Source: Negaprion brevirostris (Eukaryota). Taken from it: a DNA stretch of 64,000 nt. Positions 51,922 through 64,000 of the stretch are shown piece by piece (positions within the stretch are counted from its first letter, which is position 1; the number at the start of each line of letters is the position of its first letter). Location of the stretch: NCBI GenBank assembly GCA_030324005.1, contig JARDVH010000115.1, positions 33,389,478 to 33,453,477 on the forward strand. The letters run 5' to 3'. The notes below the pieces were generated by a model that made no database searches, was not told the DNA's origin, and saw nothing but the letters and a program-made list of their open reading frames with translations. A program made the position numbers and the translations under genes.

Positions 51922-54244
51922 CACATAATACCTCCCATTAGAATTAAAAGCCCTCACCAAAGTGATGAGTTTTCAAAACCTCTACCCAAAATGTAACTTG
52001 TAATATTTTACACATTTGAACAACTGGCTTATTAGGTACAGTGCAAGTAACATTCTCAACCCAGTGTGTCGCGTTTGCCTATTAAGGAGCCCATTTTGGG
52101 AGCATGACCATGTTTAACCTGTCTAAATTAACTAAATACATGTAACAATTAGGATTTAAAAGTCCACATTGTGTAGATTTTTTAAAAGTTGTTCCTCCCA
52201 CATTTAAGAGTTTGTTTTGCTGCTCATGGCTTTGCTTTTGATCATGCACTACAGCAAATTATCTTTCTCAATGATGACCAAATTTTAATGCTTCCATATT
52301 CTTGGTTAAACAATTGTATCCTTGGTTGGGTTGGTTAACCTCATCAAGAACAACATGGCTCACTTCTAATAGTCCCTCTGAGTGAGCCTTTCAATACCAT
52401 CAAGTAGACCCAGAAGAATTTCTCTATCATAATGCTTTTTGAGTTCAGCATTTCCTCTGGTTCCTCTATGAAGCAGATCTTACATTGTNNNNNNNNNNTT
52501 GACTTTTTAACCATAGTCTCTGGATCATTCTTCTCTTCCAGGGCTTTGGTTCTTTAACATTCACATTTAATAAACATCTCAGCTGCCAACCTCTCATCAT
52601 TTTTCTCCCACTTAAACTCAGCATTACAGTTCTCCTTCACTGTTTTAAGAACCTTGTTGTGGTCACATCAATGTTCTGATAAAGATTCTGGCATTCATCT
52701 TGAATCAGCGCTTTCATTCTTACATTCTCTTCCATGGGCTTTGTCAAATTTCTTCTGAGCAAGAGCTACGGTTTCAACACTTTGAAGTTTTATTTCCCAC
52801 TCCGAAACTGTATTACAATCTCGTAACTCCACAGTATTATCTCCAACCAGGTCCTTGTGTTTTAAAGTACTGTCTCTCTTTGTTTTTCTCTCTCAGCCTC
52901 CCCATTCCACCCAATCTGCAGGCAGGCTAGCCACAGATGGGTTCTGTTCATTTGCAGTTAGTTGCAACTCTTTGTTGTCAGCCTTGAGGTTTCAAGGTCT
53001 CTTTAATCTCCAAAGTTTGAGTTCTGGTCACATCTTTAGTCAAAACGGTACTTACTGCGGCAGGATTATTCATAATCCCTGATTACTTCAGTATACTGTC
53101 AGTTTCAATGGACGTGCCTGCCATCCTGGGAGATGGCAACATTTTATCTCCCGCGAGGTCATGTCCTTGTATGAAATCGACATTATTTTGATTTCGACAT
53201 CACTCCAACAGTAACAGACCCATTGACGAAAGCAGTTTAAATTCACTCTGCACAATGGAACAGGTAAACAATTTCTATCAATACACTGCATCAGTACACT
53301 TTAAGTGAACATCTTGAAAAGAAATTCACATCTTTTGTCAGCATCAGGGATTGAGACAACCTTTGCACCTCATAGAGCAACCATGTTTTTGGACAATAAG
53401 TTATTTCACCCTCAAATGTAAATTCCCATTATCTTTTATGTTTCAATTCACTCCCACAGTATATCCATTAGATGTATTGATTTGTTCCAAGCTTCATTCA
53501 CCGGTACATCATTTTCTGGAGAAACCCGTCGACTTTTCCACAAAAGCTACCAATTCAGCTTACAACCTCTGTTTTCACAGACCCTGTCTAATGGCAAAAG
53601 CAACATGCTTGATTCTTGGAATCATATTTATCTCCCCTGTTATCTCTTTCACTACCCTGAGAAGCATTTGCCTTTTCATTTCTGCTATCCCCCTCATACA
53701 AATTAGTGTCTTGTTCATCATCAGATCAGTTCTCTCTCCAGTTTTCAGGTGGCTTTGCAAACAGATGTTGGCTGCTTCTTGTGCGATTGTGGAATAATTC
53801 GTAACCAGAGGCCATAATATCAGCATCTCTTATTTTAGAAATGTTACCACCTTCTAGTTGCGACCTAATACTTTTTAAAAAATTCCTCTGTTAATAGCGC
53901 CTCTCTAAGGTTTTCCAAACCTTGATCAAACTTCATCACCCCATACTAACTATTAAGCACCGTTTTCCCCCATAAATTCCAGAGAAGTCTGATTCTGTCT
54001 CTTCCTCAGGTTTCTAAACTTTAGTCTGTAAGCTTCAGCTACTAATTCATACACATTAAGCATGGTAGTCTCAATGACATCAAAATTAGCAGAACATTTA
54101 TCTGAAAATGTCAAATAAACCTTCAAATGTTTCCTTACCAAAACATTCGATAATAAAATCATCCAAGTCTTTTTTGGATTTGGTGACATTTTAACAAATG
54201 TGACAAAACATCTTGACCCCTTGCTCACTGAATTCAGGCACCAG

Positions 54245-54980
54245 TGTGATGTTAGCATACCTTTAAGAGGTGTTTTTTTTTAAATCATGATCTCTGCAGC
54301 TCTCACAGTCTGTGTGTCTCATGCTCACAGACTTAGGTGATGCCATTGTTGGGAGGCGAAAAACCTGTGTGCAAGTCAGGTGACAAGGATTGATTTTCAG
54401 TTTCAGTTTGAAGCTGCAAGTTAGAGCTGGGTTTTAGAAGGGACAGCAAGCTAAAGTAAGTATTTTCCCTCTCTCCCCATTGTTTTGAATGTTCTGTTGG
54501 TTTCCTGAAGCGTGAAATCTGCCATTCTTGGGGGCTGGACCAGAGTCTCTCTGGTGCTTTGGAAAGCTGTCTTGTCTTCAAACTGTTCTGAGTCTCAACA
54601 GCATTGGACTGCAGAGTTCAATTAATGGCCACGATCCCAGTACCAAATGAGAATTAGTCTGTGCTGTGTTAAACCTGTAAAAAGGGTTTTTTTGGTCTAA
54701 CTGAGATTTTGGTTTTGACTGGGACAGCTTATATTCATTAAGGGTTACATGTTAGCGTGGATGTTTTGTTTTTGTTTGTAATTGATAGAAGTTTTTGCTA
54801 ATTTTCTTACTATACATGTTAACTATATTCTTACATAAACTTTGATTGATAAAAACTCCTAGTGGGTCATTTGAATCTTACATGAAGTGAAATATCTCAT
54901 GCTTATCCCAGCCAAATTCAAAACTTATGATTCAGACAGGTTCATGAAACACTTTGGAGTTTCTAAATTGAACCATAACA
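54245..54980. mobile_element. Solo LTR inserted into the Gypsy gag
   Basis: TGTGATG...CATAACA termini; 4-bp TSD CCAG/CTAG (1 mismatch); gag-like sequence continues on both sides. Confidence 0.75.
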
Positions 54981-56464
54981 CTAGCCAAATCCAAACCAGG
55001 AGTTAAATCTGACCCATTGTCAAGTTTCCCCTCATAGTCCCTATTCATATCATTGAATTCTTTTGAAGTCTGGGTCAAATTTTCACTTTTTTATTGCAAT
55101 TTAGGCATTCATTTTCTTTTATTCTCTGAAACACCTTTTTTCTTCCCTTAAAGTCTAATTCAACCTTTTACATTTTCCTTCCTTCTCTTTCCAGCTTAAG
55201 TTTTTTTTAAATTTCTCTTTCCATTTCATATGGCTTCAGTCGTAATTGAATAACTCAAAATGCATTTTACCTGGAGTCCCTTCTTCTTCCTCAAGGTTCG
55301 AATGTTGAGCCAAAACACTTCAACTATCTTGGCATTTTTAGCACCTACTTTTAAATCTAACTCTAGCTTTTCTGCTATTGCCTTCAGGCTAACCTTTGTT
55401 AACTGTTGCAAGACACGTTCCTCTTTCAAGGAACGCTTCAGCAATAGCCATAGCCATTTTAACTTTTCAATACAGCAAAAATCATTGTGAAAATGTGTTT
55501 GTTTAACATCTGGCCAAACCCAGCATATCAATTTGTTACAATCCCTACAGATATCAACAACTTTAAAAAATAAGTTCACATTTCCAGTCGACAGCTGAAA
55601 GGATGACACAAGATTTCACCTTTTGAAGACTTTTACTATAACAAGCTAAAAGCACTACTGACTAAACACTATTTTTGTGGTCAACTTATACTTTAAACAA
55701 TGGCAAAATTTTCCAGCAGTTTCTGCTGGCGGGACCTTCCAGTAGCATTGACAGCGATGCTGCACTGCAAGTTTCTCGTCTGCAGAGAGTGTGAACAATG
55801 GGCGGGGGGNNNNNNNNNNAAAACAAAAAACTTTCTCTTTTCACTTCTAACAAAAAACCCACATCATGGTATACTTAACGCCATCACTAGAGCAAATAAT
55901 TTTGATTTTCCCAGACTCAAGATGAAGCAGCACCAGGCAACGAGCCAAGGATCTGCCTTTGTACGAAGCACACGTGAATGAATTGCTATTTACAAAAATT
56001 ATGAAAAGAACTTGCTTTGTTCGACATATACCATGTTTAATTGGTAAGGCAGGGGAAACCTAATAGTGAAAATAATTCCTGTTTATCTAAAGGGTTTCTG
56101 CATACAACTTTTCCAGAGAAGCTCCAATACATCAGGAATTGGTGCTGTTACGGCTGCAGAGATACTTGTGTAGGTTGGTGTCGGAAGTATCTTCAATTAA
56201 TCCATTCACTGAATGAGCACTTCAAGAATTTATACTATATTGGAGAACATACAAAAAACAAAAACCTTTCACAAAAAAGTGCTATATAAACATAAAATTT
56301 CCAATCTCCAGCAGCAGAGGATTGAGTTGTGAGAAATGATTAGGAAGATTTGGCCTTGTGCTATTTCAAGGTAAACCAGAACAGCGTTGGACTTGTATCG
56401 ATCTTGTGACCAATTGCCTGACAGACCAACAGACATTGGTTAGATTAACAACAGATCAGGTATC

Positions 56465-56810
56465 AGAGCAGCATTTAAATGTCATGACTTCACCACATAA
56501 TCTAGGCTGACATTTCAATGCCATACCAAGTGATTGTTGCACTATCAGAGGTCCCACTCTTTAAGATGAGACTTTAAACTGACACACGTCCTTTTTTGTT
56601 TAGGTAACAAAGAAGATTTCATGGAATTCACCTGATGTGCTAACCAATATTCACCCCTGAACAACCACTACCAAAACAGAAAAAATATTCATTTACCACT
56701 TGCTATGCACGCTTTGATGTTACACTTAAAAATAAATCATGAAGATGTTTTGGGATATCTCCAAGGATGACAAAGGCACTTTACTACTTCAAGCTCTTTG
56801 TTTCTTCCTT
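56465..56810 (+). mobile_element. Deu-domain SINE, degenerate
   Basis: ataatctaggctgac..gatgagactttaaactga..ccaatattcacccct..aaaggcact. Confidence 0.6.
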
Positions 56811-57194
56811 CCCCAGGAGCCAAGAAAACACTTAAGTGCTGGACAAGTCTTTCTTTATACGCCTACCAAAATAGCTTCCACATAATAAGACTCCAATAAC
56901 TGTGAATGACTTGCTTCACCGGATGAAGAATAACAGCTGATATGGATTTTCATCACACTCAGCAAAATAGAAAGTTATTTCCACATTCCTCTGTCTACAG
57001 CAGGTTTCTTCAGAAATCGACCACACATCCTTTCAACATATTTTTCTCACAAACACAAGTCTTTATGGGGTTTCTTCAACTGGTTTGGCTTCCTGTAAAG
57101 TACAAGTTGGCCATACAACTCTCTTTTGACTGAGCTTTGCTGAAATGTCAGATATCAGCTTTAATATGGGGCCTAATCTTCTTTATCACATTTT

Positions 57195-57364
57195 AAGATG
57201 TGGAAATGCCGGCATTGGACTGGGGTGGGCACAGTAAAAAGTATCACAACACCAGGTTAAAATCCAACAGATTTATTTGGAATCACGAGCTTTTGGAGCA
57301 CTGCCCCTTCATCACCTAATGAAGGAGCATTGTTCCGAAAGCTTGTGATTCCAAAATAAACCTG
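57195..57364. mobile_element. Penelope-derived palindromic element (two inverted, degenerate hammerhead cores)
   Basis: tttatttggaatcacgagc..cttcatca / ctaatgaaggagc..gttccgaaagcttgtgattccaaaataaa inverted arms. Confidence 0.75.
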
Positions 57365-57659
57365 CATCTCATTTTAAATCACTGGATCAATAGTAATTGA
57401 ATATTTACTGTTGAATCAGTAGCCATAACCACTGTTGTACCTATCCTAAAACTACATTTAGACTAAAGTTAAAGACTATCATACTCAAAATCACAGGGAC
57501 TTCGGGTGAAACAATGCAGATTTTACGAAGGGACAAAAGCCTCTTCAAAGATTCCCCCAGCATTAAAACAGAATGCAAGAGAAGCAAATAGTTCCGGCAG
57601 TTTGCAAAATTTAAGTTGCATTAAATGCTCCGATTTATTTTCATTTTCTTCATTCCACT

Positions 57660-57956
57660 TCACAATTAACTAGATCATAGATACTATGATCAGGACTAGA
57701 GGACACAGCCTCAAGATAAGGGGGGGGGGGGGGACAGTTTAGATCGGCGTTGAGGAGGAACTTCTTCACTCTGGAATTCTCTGCCGGTTGAAGGGGGGGT
57801 GNNNNNNNNNNNNNNNNNNNNNNNNNNNNNNNNNNNNNNNNNNNNNNNNNNNNNNNNNNNNNNNNNNNNNNNNNNNNNNNNNNNNNNNNNNNNNNNNNNN
57901 NGCAGGCTCGAAAGGCTAGATGGCCTACTCCTGCTCCTATTTCTTATGTTCTTATA
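57660..57956 (+). mobile_element. CR1 LINE 3' end
   Basis: actagaggacacagcctcaagataagg..gaggaggaacttcttcact..; tail ctcctatttcttatgttcttat. Confidence 0.8.
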
Positions 57957-59034
57957 CAACAGTGGCAATAATGAAATGGCACATAATGACAAAAAAAATA
58001 CATTTATGATGAAGTAGATCATATACACAAACAACATACACAAATATTGAAATCATTTTGAGAAAGGTTAGTTTTCAAAATTATAGAATTTCTGCGCAAA
58101 ATCCAATATGGCAGGAGGTTGACAAAACCTAATAAGTTGACATGAAATATTACCTGAAGTTATAACCGTTAAAAGCAATAAATGTGCAATGCTTAAACTG
58201 TTTCCTTTCAACAGATTGGGTGGGATTTTCTGGCCACGATCACCCCAAAAATCTCGCCTGAGGTCAATGGACCTTTGCATTGTCCATGTCCCGCCTGCTA
58301 CGATTCCCGTGGCAAGTGGGACGGGAGGATTCCGGGAATCATGTTGAAATCCAGTTGATTTTAAAGACACAAAGGAACAGTAAAGTACATTTAAAGCAAA
58401 CTCCTGGATATTATAAACATAAATACTACAGTTACATCTGCATTGATTTCAATCTTCTAGTAAGTGTGCAGTGGTACTGTAGAAGCTCAACAACACAGCA
58501 GTGTTTCAGGCGGCACTGAATAATACAGGAGCGATTTTACAAGTTAAGCATAAGCTGCAGATGGCTACAACAAAATGAAGTCTCTTTATTCTTGCATCTC
58601 CTCTCTCTATAAAGTGCAAAAACCAACAGGTGCTGCATTTAATCAAAAATCACTGGTGGCTGTATTGTGCTCTTGGAACATTTGCAAGGAACAAGAGGAA
58701 ATACCTTTCAAGGGGATATTAACATACAAAAAGATATAAATAGACCAGCTTAACTGTACCAGCCAAATCAACACATTATACGCATTGGACAGAGATTGGG
58801 TAGTCTGCAACAACTGGCTCCCAAAGCCTCTTCACTACATACAAGGCTCAAGTCAGGTGTGTAATAACATACTCGCAGACAGCAGCAAATTAAGTATAAA
58901 ATAACTCTCCATGTACGTACAAAAGTTGTTGAGAGGTGAATCTTGATCCAATATTACACTGTCAACGACACTGTGCATTGACATTACACAGCTGGGAGCA
59001 TTCAAGCGAAATCCCATGTGGGTAGATGACCACC

Positions 59035-59246
59035 ATCAGTTTAGCTCAGTCAGCTGGGCAGCTGGTTAGTAATTCAGAGCAATGTCAACAATGCGGGTTC
59101 AATCCCTGTGTTGGTTAAAGTTATTCATGAAGGCCCTGCCTTCCCAACCTTGTCCTTCACAAGGGTAAATTCACCACTAGTCAGCTACCCTTCTCCAAGA
59201 GGACAGCAGCCTATAGTCATCTGGAACTATGATGACTTTACCTTTA
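59035..59246 (+). mobile_element. Further tRNA-SINE family (tttac-repeat tail)
   Basis: A-box TAGCTCAGTCAG, B-box GGGTTCAATCCC and tail gactttaccttta. Confidence 0.7.
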
Positions 59247-59255
59247 GATTCATTT

Positions 59256-59291
59256 CACCTGAAGAAGAGGGAAACCCCTCGAAAGCTAGTG
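59256..59291 (+). ncRNA. Minimal type I hammerhead ribozyme motif within a Penelope-like remnant (59250-59352)
   Basis: cac-CTGAAGA-a-GAGGG-aaac-CCCTC-GAA-AGCT-A-gtg: intact core, 5-bp stem II, palindromic AGCT stem III and 3-bp stem I. Confidence 0.7.
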
Positions 59292-60449
59292 CGTTTACTA
59301 TCAAATAAATCGGTTGGACTAAAACCTGGTGTTGTCAGACTTTTTACTGTGTTTACCTTTAGATGCCAGGGAGAAGGATCAATCTATACAATTTGTGCTA
59401 CACAATTCAGGAAGTTTCATCAAGCTTTTAGCAGCTGTTACTATCAAATGCTTCAGCTTTACCCTAAAATATAGCAGAATTTGCATTTAGCATAATAACC
59501 TGATGATTCATCCCATTCTCAACACGTTAACATCAATGAAAAGTTTGGAACGAGATGCTTCTGGATCATGTTATACTGTCTTTAAAGTTGTAATTTATTC
59601 ATTTTTAACTTCAGGTGGGACTTTAATGAATAATATCAGTTCCTTTTACTATTTCTTCCCAAAGCATTAGTGCATAGAAGTTGTATTCTCAAGTGACGTG
59701 AATGTGATGAGGTGGTCAATGCGGCAACAAAATCAAATGACAATGCTGCTGGTTAGGAGATAGTTTGATGAAAGCTACATGAAGTGTAATGCATTTCTAC
59801 TAATGTTGGGTGTAACCCCATGGAACAACTGCATACAAAAGTTGTCCAGGGGTGGATCTTGATGCAGTACTACTTCCATTTCATCATTAGCATTTATTCT
59901 ATAAGTCACAGAACTTACGCTCTGCAGAGGCTTTATATTGTCATGTTAAATCACTCTGGGACCACAACAGCTGTCTCGTGGTTTACTTACATATTGGATC
60001 TTGGCAGAGCAGAAATAGAGGTGGGACAGGGATGACAGACTGATCACAGCAACAGCACATTGATGCAGCACCGTGCACATGACTACCTAACCTTAGACAT
60101 GAAAGTGCACATGAAGGAAAGGAGTGACAACTAGACCGGCATTAATCAATAACTTTAAGCAATCTGTATCGGGGAGGTACATGGGATCAAACTAATTTGA
60201 ATGCATCATAACAAGTTAATTGATAGACCTTTTGTAAATGTTAAATTTTCAATGGTACTTCCAAACATTGCATAATAGTGGTCATCTAAATCCCTGCAAT
60301 TATCTTTGCACTTCCTTTTGTGCATGTTCTATCAAATATAGTCATGCACCAAACTTTGGAAGATACCATCTTACCGAGTTTATACCTTAAAATACGACGG
60401 TAGCAAGTTCAGGATCACAAAGAGTATAGAATAATCAACTCACTGCCCA

Positions 60450-60960
60450 CCCATTCCAATTTTTGGGTGGCCCTTGATTTAGATGGCTGAGCACCTGACG
60501 AATATCAAGGACACATAACATTCTCAAACTGCCAATGCTCAACTTGTCCCCGCTCAAGTCACTATCAATGATTCTTGATCCTGCTTTAATCCACAAATCA
60601 TGGGTGGTGCCAATGGGAAAGCAGCCCATTTCCACCATTTTCATTATTTCCCCCATGGACAACTGGGGAGGGCTCTAGGATACACAAACATTGCCAGTTT
60701 CTTCCAGGTTCATGGCATCACTGACTGTACGTTACCTTTGGGCCCCTTCAGACTGCCTTCGTTTTTTTTGTATCCATAACTCATTTCAAGCACTGCCACT
60801 CCATTCATCTGCAAACAGTGCATGATAACAAAAATGCAGCATGGTGGTCTGTGCCCATTCTCCTGGCATAGCAGCTGCTATGACATTTTATATTGTAGTA
60901 ATCCTGCATTTCACCTCACCCTACCTCCCTTGCACAGCAGGTGAAGGGTTGGTTGTTTTG
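60450..60960 (+). pseudogene. Harbinger/PIF (HARBI1-like) DDE transposase relic
   Basis: RALGYTNIASFFQVHGITDCT resembles IAGFPQVQGAIDCTH; HSIHLQTVHD..VCAHSPG resembles HSINVQ.VCD..VCA.YPGS.HD; frameshifted. Confidence 0.7.
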
Positions 60961-61330
60961 AGAGCACAGCTTTCTCCTGCACTCTTAAGTAATTGCTCCT
61001 TTCAGGAACTCACATTCAAATTGCACTAAAATCAAATCCATGGGTCAACTAAAGGCTTTGTAGTGCAGACAACTGAAGTCCTTCAGCAAGAATTACAGTA
61101 CAAGTTCTGGTGGCTCCATTGTTCCTCAGTGTGGCACGACTTGTTTTGCAACTGGAATAACATGTGAAGACACCACTGGAGGAGGGCCTTCAACTTGCTG
61201 ATGGAAAGGGTATTGATGGACAAGAATGGTTAAGTAATAAAGGATTCTAACGCCACTTGCAGCCAGACTTTATCATAGGATGTTTCTGCTAACTCCTCCC
61301 ATGTTAATTATTGTCCAACATTTTCTATGC

Positions 61331-61620
61331 AGAATCCCTACAATGCAGGAAGAGGTTATTGAGCCTGCACTAACAACAATCCCACCTAGGCCCTATCCCC
61401 ACATATTTACCCTGCTGGTCCCCCGACACTAGGGGGAAACTGTCATGGCCAATTAACCTAACCTGCACATCTTTGGAGCGTGGGGGAAAATCGGAGCACC
61501 CAGAGGAAACTCACACAGACACAGAGAGAATGTGCAAACTCCACACAGACAGTAAACCCAGGCTGGAATCAAACCCAGGTGCCTGGCGCTGTGAGGCAGC
61601 AGTGCTAACCACTGTGCTAC
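61331..61620 (-). mobile_element. V-SINE, tail A
   Basis: Head, V-core and tail present. Confidence 0.85.
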
Positions 61621-62159
61621 TCATTATCTGGGTGCAGTATGGGCACTTGGTCACCTTAATATTGCAACATAGTACAAAAACACTGAATACAAGCTGTACT
61701 ACGAAGCACAAGCTGGATCTTCAGTGCAGCTGAAATCTGGAAGGACCATGCTAAAGTTTGTGTCATTCCCAGTTAAGAAGGATCACACATGTGATGGCCT
61801 TTCTAACCAAACAGCTGGTACTCTCTGCCTAACCTCATACATAAAGAATGTAACTTAAGCAAAGTATCAGAAGGTCATTAATATGCCTGTGGAATTATGT
61901 ACAGCTGATGTACTACTGAAACATATTGATCTTTCCATTTGTTCTCTACTAAAAACATCACAAACATTATATTAGAGGGGGGAGAAATGGTTCAGTTTTA
62001 GCCGCTCCCTACCAATGTTCACAGAACCAGACCGGGTGCAGAGGCAGTCGGCATGAAACAAATATTCTCAAAAAAGATAGAAATTAAATTTAAATCGGTG
62101 TTACGGATCAAGAGGCAAATCAGTCCCCTCAAATCCACCGGATAAATAAATGATTCAAT

Positions 62160-62720
62160 GGGCTGGATTTTACATGCACACAGCAGGCGAATGGAAAATA
62201 TTGTGATGATGATGTCAGGTTGGCCACATAACGCCACCATGTCAATCTCCAAAATCACACAAGGCCAGGTGGTCAGAAATCAGCAGCCATTTTGAGCGCG
62301 CTGCTCAATAAGTGTATCAGGTTTGGTAATGACCCTCCTGTCTGAAATTTTCCTGCTGCACTTCTCGGGCTTGAGCTGTGAAAATGTTTAGGCGTGTTTT
62401 GCAGCAGCTACCTGACAAGGTGGAAATAAAGGCTCATCAACTGAACCATGGTGGAATGGAGCTGCAGACTCTGCTGGTGAAGATGGCAGTGTCTGCATGG
62501 TTTTTTTTTATACAACTCATTACTGTGCTTTATTGGGCTTTTGATAAAAAACGAAATAGGTCTGGCTGGTTGACTTCCTGTTTGCGGTATTACCACTCTG
62601 CTGCATGACTTCCCAGTCTACAGTTCCCATTGGATACGGGACCCCCACTTTGCACATCAATTTGGTCGCCTTCCACCAGTTAGCTGTTCAACACTTGATA
62701 CGACAAGCTGAGATGGTGGG
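62160..62720 (+). mobile_element. Possible second Harbinger remnant (TIR-like gggctggatttt plus degenerate transposase-like sequence)
   Basis: Terminus similar to other GC-rich elements; weak LLVKMAV..FF similarity. Confidence 0.3.
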
Positions 62721-63057
62721 GAGGTGGGACAAGCATGTTATTCAGTATTTATTGCTCCTCCCTCAAACTGTCAAAAAACATTGGGTTGAATTTTAGGGAA
62801 TTGGTCCTCTCTCTTCGAAAAGAGTCGCCAAACAGGTTGCCACAAGTCTTCAGGAGATCCATACAGATACATTTCACACATGGATACAACTTCTAATTTT
62901 TCCGAAAAAGGTCTTATGGTCCCTATAATCATTCCTTCGAACAAAGAATAAAACATGAAGCTTGAATTATATTTAGGCAGGGTAAATAAAGAATAAACAC
63001 AAGAACTAAACTCAAACTGAGAAACATTAAACGGATGTTTTATCATTTAACTCCATT

Positions 63058-63203
63058 CAAGACATGCTGGTTAGATGGACTGGCCATACTAAATTCTCCC
63101 TCAGTATGTCTGAACAGGCAGAGTGCGGCGACTAGGGGATTTTCACAGTAACTTTATTGCAGTGTTAATGTAAGCCTACTTGTGACACTAATAAATAAAC
63201 TTC
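63058..63203 (+). mobile_element. 5'-truncated V-SINE, tail B
   Basis: gcgactaggggattttcacagtaac..gtgacactaataaataaac. Confidence 0.8.
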
Positions 63204-64000
63204 AAACATGGAATTGGGATTGTTCTGCTGAAAATTAAATGTCCATAAAGTAAAAGGATGGTAAATTTAGAAAAAATATAAAAATGAATAAAAACTCAAA
63301 TGCGACAAACTGCAAGTACTACTACTGCCAGCTGGAAACCAAATGAAATCTAATGCCGTCTCGCTAATATAGATTGCCTAATATCACAAGCTGTTACTTT
63401 AAAGCAAGCATCTGGGAACATGCAATAATGCACCTACTAAGCTCTAACCAGAAGAAAAGTTAATTCATCTTTATTTGCCAACTGCTGCATTTCTGTTAAT
63501 GCACCAAGTTGATGTATTGCCAATGCCACACCCTTTCCCCATTAACAGAATAGATAGCCTTCAAACTTGTTACAGCTTTGTCAAACTGGAGATTTGTGTT
63601 ATGAAGATGTGGAAAAAAAATCCCCAAATGAGAGCCACTGTTTTTTTTTCCCCGCTGTATGCTAAATAAAGAACATGTGTTTACTGAGGACCTCTGTTTT
63701 GTTTGGCTATTGAGAGATTATAGGACTGCTTCTTTGTTGATTTTCTACGGTCACTCTCTGGATCCATTCTCTAACTTTGCCTCCAGCGTACAGCTGCGGA
63801 CTGTTCTGCTGTGCCTTGCATCTCAATGAACCTGCTCAGACTGCAGTCAGGAGTGCACCCCAATGGAGAGGTCAAGGCTGAGTCAGCAGACTGTCTGCAC
63901 TAGACTAGCGCTCCACAGCTTAGCAATGCTCCGCATCTTTCATTGCCCATATAAGGCAGCTCACCATTAAAACCACCTATTCACAATAAGGCAAATCCAC

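Larger units (their letters stand above)
50028..55915 (-). mobile_element. Degenerate Gypsy-type (Gmr1-like) LTR retrotransposon with nested insertions
   Basis: 3' LTR 50028-52052 bounded by TGTTAC...GTAACA; PPT-like gggttgagaa at about 52053-52062; gag motifs YELVAEAYRLKFRNLRK (53953-54100) and LTKVSLKAIAEKLEL (55300-55420); second LTR begins TGTTACAAT at 55534 and is similar to 50028-50270. Confidence 0.75.

Noticed and set aside
53351-53797. 148-aa plus-strand ORF
   Set aside because: Antisense to a decayed Gypsy gag/protease region; no coding signal of its own.

Overview
Eukaryotic vertebrate DNA from a gapped draft scaffold. The SINE/LINE complement suggests a cartilaginous fish (shark). 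The window holds one protein-coding gene, AKT1 (RAC-alpha Ser/Thr kinase, PKB), on the minus strand. Eleven coding exons (numbered 2,3,5-13 after the human coding exons) are fully readable with GT-AG junctions and the lengths I recall for human AKT1 (129,112,132,66,69,126,129,215,88,103,80 nt). Exon 4 is visible only as its last 18 nt at the edge of an N-gap. The first coding exon (46 nt, MSDVAIVKEGWLHKR-like) was not found, so 38495-64000 is probably one very long intron. The stop codon is at 4669-4671 and the likely poly(A) signal at 3358-3363. The introns are filled with several tRNA-SINE families, CR1/L2-group and Rex/Babar LINE fragments, Penelope-like remnants (one with an intact minimal hammerhead ribozyme core), a nested Gypsy-type provirus, Harbinger transposase relics, a tRNA-Lys pseudogene and a 62-bp minisatellite. 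There are no prokaryotic features or CRISPR arrays. Nearly all non-AKT ORFs in the track are spurious or TE debris. Repeat boundaries and family names are by-eye estimates from remembered consensus sequences.
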